Below are positions 47,170-64,000 of a stretch of DNA of 64,000 nt, in pieces. Source of the DNA: the human T2T-CHM13v2.0 reference genome, Homo sapiens; NCBI RefSeq assembly GCF_009914755.1, contig NC_060939.1. The stretch is one strand, 5' to 3'. The position numbers and the translations under genes were made by a program. Every line of letters starts with the position of its first letter. The first letter of the stretch is position 1. The notes under the pieces were generated by a model that saw only the letters and a program-made list of their open reading frames with translations, did no database searches and was not told the origin of the DNA.

Positions 47170-48810
47170 ATCAATCGTCTTCTTTTTAGTACGGATGTGC
47201 TCTCGCTTTATTGTCCATGCTCTGGGCACACGTGGTCTCTTTTCAAACTTCTATGATTATTATTATTGTAGGCGTCATCTCACGTGTCGAGGTGATCTCG
47301 AACTTTTAGGCTCCAGAGATCCTCCCGCATCGGCCTCCCGGAGTGCTGTGATGACACGCGTGGGCACGGTACGCTCTGGTCGTGTTTGTCGTGGGTCGGT
47401 TCTTTCCGTTTTTAATACGGGGACTGCGAACGAAGAAAATTTCCAGACGCATCTCACCGATCCGCCTTTTCGTTCTTTCTTTTTATTCTCTTTAGACGGA
47501 GTTTCACTCTTGTCGCCCAGGGTGGAGTACGATGGCGGCTCTCGGCTCACCGCACCCTCCGCCTCCCAGGTTCAAGTGATTCTCCTGCCTCAGCCTTCCC
47601 GAGTAGCTGGAATGACAGAGATGAGCCATCGTGCCCGGCTAATTTTTCTATTTTTACTACAGATGGGGTTTCTCCATCTTGGTCAGGCTGGTCTTCAACT
47701 TCCGACCGTTGGAGAATCTTAACTTTCTTGGTGGTGGTTGTTTTCCTTTTTCTTTTTTTTCTTTTCTTTTCTTTCCTTCTCCTCCCCCCCCACCCCCCCT
47801 TGTCGTCGTCCTCCTCCTCCTCCTCCTCCTCCTCCTCCTCCTCCTCCTCCTCCTCCTCCTCCTCTTTCATTTCTTTCAGCTGGGCTCTCCTACGTGTGTT
47901 GCTCTGTTGCTCACGCTGGTCTCAAACTCCTGGCCTTGACGCTTCTCCCGTCACATCCGCCGTCTGGTTGTTGAAATGAGCATCTCTCGTAAAATGGAAA
48001 AGATGAAAGAAATAAACACGAAGACGGAAAGCACGGTGTGAACGTTTCTCTTGCCGTCTCCCGGGGTGTACCTTGGACCCGGAAACACGGAGGGAGCTTG
48101 GCTGAGTGGGTTTTCGGTGCCGAAACCTCCCGAGGGCCTCCTTCCCTCTCCCCCTTGTCCCCGCTTCTCCCCCAGCCGAGGCTCCCACCGCCGCCCTGGC
48201 ATTTTCCATAGGAGAGGTATGGGAGAGGACTGACACGCCTTCCAGATCTATATCCTGCCGGACGTCTCTGGCTCGGCGTGCCCCACCGGCTACCTGCCAC
48301 CTTCCAGGGAGCTCTGAGGCGGATGCGACCCCCACCCCCCCGTCACGTCCCGCTACCCTCCCCCGGCTGGCCTTTGCCGGGCGACCCCAGGGGAACCGCG
48401 TTGATGCTGCCTTCGGATCCTCCGGCGAAGACTTCCACCGGATGCCCCGGGTGGGCCGGTTGGGATCAGACTGGACCACCCCGGACCGTGCTGTTCTTGG
48501 GGGTGGGTTGACGTACAGGGTGGACTGGCAGCCCCAGCATTGTAAAGGGTGCGTGGGTATGGAAATGTCACCTAGGATGCCCTCCTTCCCTTCGGTCTGC
48601 CTTCAGCTGCCTCAGGCGTGAAGACAACTTCCCATCGGAACCTCTTCTCTTCCCTTTCTCCAGCACACAGATGAGACGCACGAGAGGGAGAAACAGCTCA
48701 ATAGATACCGCTGACCTTCATTTGTGGAATCCTCAGTCATCGACACACAAGACAGGTGACTAGGCAGGGACACAGATCAAACACTATTTCCGGGTCCTCG
48801 TGGTGGGATT

Positions 48811-48857
<47 letters not shown>

Positions 48858-49015
48858 CGCGCACGCGCGCACACACACACACAATTTCCATATCTAGTTC
48901 ACAGAGCACACTCACTTCCCCTTTTCACAGTACGCAGGCTGAGTAAAACCCGCCCCACCCTCCACCCGTTGGCTGACGAAACCCCTTCTCTACAATTTAT
49001 GAAAAAGATGATCTG

Positions 49016-49527
49016 GGCCGGGCACGCTAGCTCACGCCTGTCACTCCGGCACTTTGGGAGGCCGAGGCGGGTGGATCGCTTGGGGCCGGGAGTTCGAGAC
49101 CAGGCTGGCCGACGTGGCGAAACCCCGTCTCTCTGAAAAATAGAACGATTAGCCGGGCCTGGTGGCGTGGGCTTGGAATCACGACCGCTCGGGAGACTGG
49201 GGCGGGCGACTTGTTCCAACCGGGGAGGCCGAGGTTGCGATGAGCTGAGATCGTGCCGTGGCGATGCGGCCTGGATGACGGAGCGAGACCCCGTCTCGAG
49301 AGAATCATGATGTTATTATAAGATGAGTTGTGCGCGGTGATGGCCGCCTGTAGTCGCGGCTACTCGGGAGGCTGAGACGAGGAGAAGATCACTTGAGGCC
49401 CCACAGGTCGAGGCTTCGGTCGGCCGTGACCCACTGTATCCTGGGCAGTCACCGGTCAAGGAGATATGCCCCTTCCCCGTTTGCTTTTCTTTTCTTCCCT
49501 TCTCTTTTCTTCTTTTTGCTTCTCTTT

Positions 49528-49559
<32 letters not shown>

Positions 49560-50337
49560 TTTCTTTTTCTCTCTTCCCCTCTTTCTTTCCTGCCTTCCTG
49601 CCTTTCTTCTTTTCTTCTTTCCTCCCTTCCTCCCTTCCTTCTTTCCTCCCGCCTCAGCCTCCCAAAGTGCTGGGATGACTGGCGGGAGGCACCATGCCTG
49701 CTTGGCCCAAAGAGACCCTCTTGGAAAGTGAGACGCAGAGAGCGCCTTCCAGTGATCTCATTGACTGATTTAGAGACGGCATCTCGCTCCGTCACCCCGG
49801 CAGTGGTGCCGTCGTAACTCACTCCCTGCAGCGTGGACGCTCCTGGACTCGAGCGATCCTTCCACCTCAGCCTCCAGAGTACAGAGCCTGGGACCGCGGG
49901 CACGCGCCACTGTGCCCACACCGTTTTTAATTGTTTTTTTTTCCCCCGAGACAGAGTTTCACTCTCGTGGCCTAGACTGCAGTGCGGTGGCGCGATCTTG
50001 GCTCACCGCAACCTCTGCCTCCCGGTTTCAAGCGATTCTCCTGCATCGGCCTCCTGAGTAGCCGGGATTGCGGGCATGCGCTGCCACGTCTGGCTGATTT
50101 CGTATTTTTAGTGGAGACGGGGCTTCTCCATGTCGATCGGGCTGGTTTCGAACTCCCGACCTCAGGTGATCCGCCCTCCCCGGCCTCCGGAAGTGCTGGG
50201 ATGACAGGCGTGAGCCACCGCGCCCGGCCTTCATTTTTAAATGTTTTCCCACAGACGGGGTCTCATCATTTCTTTGCAACCCTCCTGCCCGGCGTCTCAA
50301 AGTGCTGGCGTGACGGGCGTGAGCCACTGCGCCTGGA
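49016..50337. mobile_element. Alu cluster of IGS B (copies of 5056-6377)
   Basis: Same sequence at offset 43960. Confidence 0.9.
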
Positions 50338-50377
50338 CTCCGGGGAATGACTCACGACCACCATCGCTCTACTGATC

Positions 50378-50432
<55 letters not shown>

Positions 50433-50903
50433 GATGAATTATCTTATGATTTATTTGTGTACTTATTTTCAGACGGAGTCTCGCTCTGGGCGGGGCGAGG
50501 CGAGGCGAGGCACAGCGCATCGCTTTGGAAGCCGCGGCAACGCCTTTCAAAGCCCCATTCGTATGCACAGAGCCTTATTCCCTTCCTGGAGTTGGAGCTG
50601 ATGCCTTCCGTAGCCTTGGGCTTCTCTCCATTCGGAAGCTTTGACAGGCGCAACCCCACCCAGAGGCTGGCTGCGGCTGAGGATTAGGGGGTGTGTTGGG
50701 GCTGAAAACTGGGTCCCCTATTTTTGATACCTCAGCCGACACATCCCCCGACCGCCATCGCTTGCTCGCCCTCTGAGATCCCCCGCCTCCACCGCCTTGC
50801 AGGCTCACCTCTTACTTTCATTTCTTCCTTTCTTGCGTTTGAGGAGGGGGTGCGGGAATGAGGGTGTGTGTGGGGAGGGGGTGCGGGGTGGGGACGGAGG
50901 GGA

Positions 50904-59873
<8,970 letters not shown>

Positions 59874-59879
59874 TGTGAA

Positions 59880-60092
59880 GGCCGGACGCAACACGGCGAA
59901 ACCCCGTCTCTACTAAAAATACAAAGCTGAGTCGGGAGCGGTGGGGCAGGCCCCTGTAATGCCAGCTCCTCGGGAGGCTGAGGCGGGAGAATCGCTTGAA
60001 CCAGGGAAGCGGAGGCTGCAGGGAGCCGAGATCGCGCCACTGCACTACGGCCCAGGCTGTAGAGTGAGTGAGACTCGGTCTCTAAATAAATA
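59880..60092 (+). mobile_element. Alu (copy of 14956-15168)
   Basis: Same sequence at offset 44924. Confidence 0.85.
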
Positions 60093-61440
60093 CGGAAATT
60101 AATTAATTCATTAATTCTTTTCCCTGCTGACGGACATTTGCAGGCAGGCATCGGTTGTCTTCGGGCATCACCTAGCGGCCACTGTTATTGAAAGTCGACG
60201 TGACACGGAGGGAGGTCTCGCCGACTTCACCGAGCCTGGGGCAACGGGTTTCTCTCTCTCCCTTCTGGAGGCCCCTCCCTCTCTCCCTCGTTGCCTAGGG
60301 AACCTCGCCTAGGGAACCTCCGCCCTGGCGGGGGCCCTATTGTTCTTTGATCGGCGCTTTACTTTTCTTTGTGTTTTGGCGCCTAGACTCTTCTACTTGG
60401 GCTTTGGGAAGGGTCAGTTTAATTTTCAAGTTGCCCCCCGGCTCCCCCCACTACCCACGTCCCTTCACCTTAATTTAGTGAGTCGGTTAGGTGGGTTTCC
60501 CCCAAACCGCCCCCCCCCCCCCCGCCTCCCAACACCCTGCTTGGAAACCTTCCAGAGCCACCCCGGTGTGCCTCCGTCTTCTCTCCCCTTCCCCCACCCC
60601 TTGCCGGCGATCTCATTCTTGCCAGGCTGACATTTGCATCGGTGGGCGTCAGGCCTCACTCGGGGGCCACCGTTTTTGAAGATGGGGGCGGCACGGTCCC
60701 ACTTCCCCGGAGGCAGCTTGGGCCGATGGCATAGCCCCTTGACCCGCGTGGGCAAGCGGGCGGGTCTGCAGTTGTGAGGCTTTTCCCCCCGCTGCTTCCC
60801 GCCTCAGGCCTCCCTCCCTAGGAAAGCTTCACCCTGGCTGGGTCTCGGTCACCTTTTATCACGATGTTTTAGTTTCTCCGCCCTCCGGCCAGCAGAGTTT
60901 CACAATGCGAAGGGCGCCACGGCTCTAGTCTGGGCCTTCTCAGTACTTGCCCAAAATAGAAACGCTTTCTGAAAACTAATAACTTTGCTCACTTAAGATT
61001 TCCAGGGACGGCGCCTTGGCCCGTGTTTGTTGGCTTGTTTTGTTTCGTTCTGTTTTGTTTTGTTCGTGTTTTTCCTTTCTCGTATGTCTTTCTTTTCAGG
61101 TGAAGTAGAAATCCCCAGTTTTCAGGAAGACGTCTATTTTCCCCAAGACACGTTAGCTGCCGTTTTTTCCTGTTGTGAACTAGCGCTTTTGTGACTCTCT
61201 CAACGTGCAGTGAGAGCCGGTTGATGTTTACTATCCTTCATCATGACATCTTATTTTCTAGAAATCCGTAGGCGAATGCTGCTGCTGCTCTTGTTGCTGT
61301 TGTTGTTGTTGTTGTTGTCGTCGTTGCTGTTGTCGTTGTCGTTGTTGTTGTCGTTGTCGTTGTTTTCAAAGTATACCCCGGCCACCGTTTATGGGATCAA
61401 AAGCATTATAAAATATGTGTGATTATTTCTTGAGCACGCC

Positions 61441-62037
61441 CTTCCTCCCCCTCTCTCTGTCTCTCTGTCTGTCTCTGTCTCTCTCTTTCTCTGTCTGTCT
61501 TCTCTCTCTCTCTCTCTCTGTGTCTCTCTCTCTCTGCCTGTCTGTTTCTCTCTCTCTGCCTCTCTCTCTCTCTCTCTCTCTGCCTGTCTCTCTCACTGTG
61601 TCTGTCTTCTGTCTTACTCCCTTTCTCTGTCTGTCTGTCGGTCTCTCTCTCTCTCTCTCCCTGTCTGTATGTTTCTCTCTGTCTCTGTCTCTCTCTCTCT
61701 TTCTGTTTCTCTCTCTCCGTCTCTGTCTTTCTCTGACTGTCTCTCTCTTTCCTTCTCTCTGTCTCTCTCTGCCTGTCTCTCTCACTCTGTCTTCTGTCTT
61801 ACTCTCTCTCTCTGCCTGCCTGTCTCTCTCACTCTCTCTCTCTGTGTGTCTCTCTCTCTCTTTCTGTTTCTCTCTGTCTCTCTGTCCGTCTCTGTCTTTC
61901 TCTGTCTGTCTCTTTGTCTGTCTGTCTTTGTCTTTCCTTCTCTCTGTCTCTGTCTCTCTCACTGTGTCTGTCTTCTGTCTTAGTCTCTCTCTCTCTCTCT
62001 CCCTGTCTGTCTGTCTCTCTCTCTCTCTCCCCCTGTC

Positions 62038-62082
<45 letters not shown>

Positions 62083-62355
62083 TTGTCTTTCTTTCTGTCT
62101 CTGTCTCTCTCTCTCTCTCTGTGTGTCTGTCTTCTGTCTTACTGTCTTTCTCTGCCTGTCTGTCTGTCTGTCTCTCTCTGTCTGTCTCTCTCTCTCTCTC
62201 CCCCCTGTCGGCTGTTTCTCTGTCTCTGTCTGTGTCTCTCTTTCTGTCTGTTTCTCTCTGTCTGTCTTTCTCTCTCTGTCTCTTTCTCTCTGTCTCTCTG
62301 TCTGTCTCTGTCTCTCTCTCTGTCTCTCTCTCTCTGTGGGGGGGTGTGTGTGTGT

Positions 62356-62392
<37 letters not shown>

Positions 62393-62643
62393 TGCCTTCT
62401 GTCTTACTCTCTTTCTCTGCCTGTCTGTCTGCCTGTCTGTTTGTCTCTCTCTCTCTGCCTGTCTCTCTCCCTTCCTGTCTGTTTCTCTCTCTTTCTGTTT
62501 CTCTCTGTCTCTGTCCATCTCTGTCTTTCTCCGTCTGTCTCTTTATCTGTCTCTCTCCGTCTGTCTCTTTATCTGTCTCTCTCTCTCTTTCTGTCTTTCT
62601 CTCTCTGTGTATCGTTGTCTCTCTCTGTCTGTCTCTGTCTCTG

Positions 62644-62676
<33 letters not shown>

Positions 62677-62737
62677 GTCTGTCTGTCCGTCTGTCTGTCT
62701 CGGTCTCTGGCTCTCGCTATCTCCCGCCCTCTCTTTT
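61441..62737 (+). repeat. Third CT-rich block of IGS B
   Basis: Copy of 16516-17812. Confidence 0.92.
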
Positions 62738-64000
62738 TTTGCAAAAGAAGCTCAAGTACATCTAATCTAATCCCTTACCAAGGCCTGAATTCTTCACTTC
62801 TGACATCCCAGATTTGATCTCCCTACAGAATGCTGTACAGAACTGGCGAGTTGATTTCTGGACTTGGATACCTCATAGAAACTACATATGAATAAAGATC
62901 CAATCCTAAAATCTGGGGTGGCTTCTCCCTCGACTGTCTCGAAAAATCGTACCTCTGTTCCCCTAGGATGCCGGAAGAGTTTTCTCAATGTGCATCTGCC
63001 CGTGTCCTAAGTGATCTGTGACCGAGCCCTGTCCGTCCTGTCTCAAATATGTACGTGCAAACACTTCTCTCCATTTCCACAACTACCCACGGCCCCTTGT
63101 GGAACCACTGGCTCTTTGAAAAAAATCCCAGAAGTGGTTTTGGCTTTTTGGCTAGGAGGCCTAAGCCTGCTGAGAACTTTCCTGCCCAGGATCCTGTGTG
63201 ACCAAAAGTGCCTCTGCTGGGAGCTGGGATCCTCGGGACCATGCTTGCTAGCGCTGGATGAGTCTCTGGAAGGACGCACGGGACTCCGCAAAGCTGACCT
63301 GTCCCACCGAGGTCAAATGGATACCTCTGCATTGGCCCGAGGCCTCCGAAGTACATCACCGTCACCAACCGTCACCGTCAGCATCCTTGTGAGCCTGCCC
63401 AAGGCCCCGCCTCCGGGGAGACTCTTGGGAGCCCGGCCTTCGTCGGCTAAAGTCCAAAGGGATGGTGACTTCCACCCACAAGGTCCCCACTGAACGGCGA
63501 AGATGTGGAGCGTAGGTCAGAGAGGGGACCAGGAGGGGAGACGTCCCGACAGGCGACGAGTTCCCAAGGCTCTGGCCACCCCACCCACGCCCCACGCCCC
63601 ACGTCCCGGGCACCCGCGGGACACCGCCGCTTTATCCCCTCCTCTGTCCACAGCCGGCCCCACCCCACCACGCAACCCACGCACACACGCTGGAGGTTCC
63701 AAAACCACACGGTGTGACTAGAGCCTGACGGAGCGAGAGCCCATTTCACGAGGTGGGAGGGGTGGGGGTGGGGTGGGTTGGGGGTTGTGGGGTCTGTGGC
63801 GAGCCCGATTCTCCCTCTTGGGTGGCTACAGGCTAGAAATGAATATCGCTTCTTGGGCGGAGGGGCTTCCTTAGGCCATCACCGCTTGCGGGACTACCTC
63901 TCAAACCCTCCCTTGAGGCCACAAAATAGATTCCACCCCACCCATCGACGTTTCCCCCGGGTGCTGGATGTATCCTGTCAAGAGACCTGAGCCTGACACC

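Overview
Human (Homo sapiens-type) ribosomal DNA tandem array from an acrocentric nucleolar organiser; about 1.45 repeat units. Layout: intergenic spacer (IGS) of unit A from the Sal-box terminator/R-repeats (1) to the Pol I promoter (TSS 30334); one complete 47S/45S transcription unit (5'ETS 30334-33972, 18S 33973-35844, ITS1, 5.8S 36917-37073, ITS2, 28S 38242-43312, 3'ETS); then the first ~20 kb of the next IGS (position 1 = 43964; position 19075 = 64000). The IGS holds R-repeats with Sal boxes, two Long Repeats with CT-rich blocks, many Alus, L1 3' fragments, a CDC27 retro-pseudogene and the p53 RGC site. I find no functional protein-coding gene; the ORF track is low-complexity or GC artefact apart from CDC27 remnants. 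Most notable: (1) a 3-nt GAA duplication in the conserved 18S head next to U1248, with 5'ETS lesions near site 1, suggesting a variant or defective unit; (2) the same A>C change (TGTAATCC>TGTCATCC) in 15 of 18 independent Alu left arms; (3) the CDC27 copy is semi-processed (spliced exons, GTAAGT donor, intron-like tail, poly(A), 16-bp TSD); (4) a 972-bp Long Repeat 1 deletion separating the two adjacent units; (5) an old ~240-bp IGS duplication, one copy carrying an exact 11-mer of the Pol I start site. Comparisons with reference sequences are from memory and need alignment. I found no wholly new biological system.
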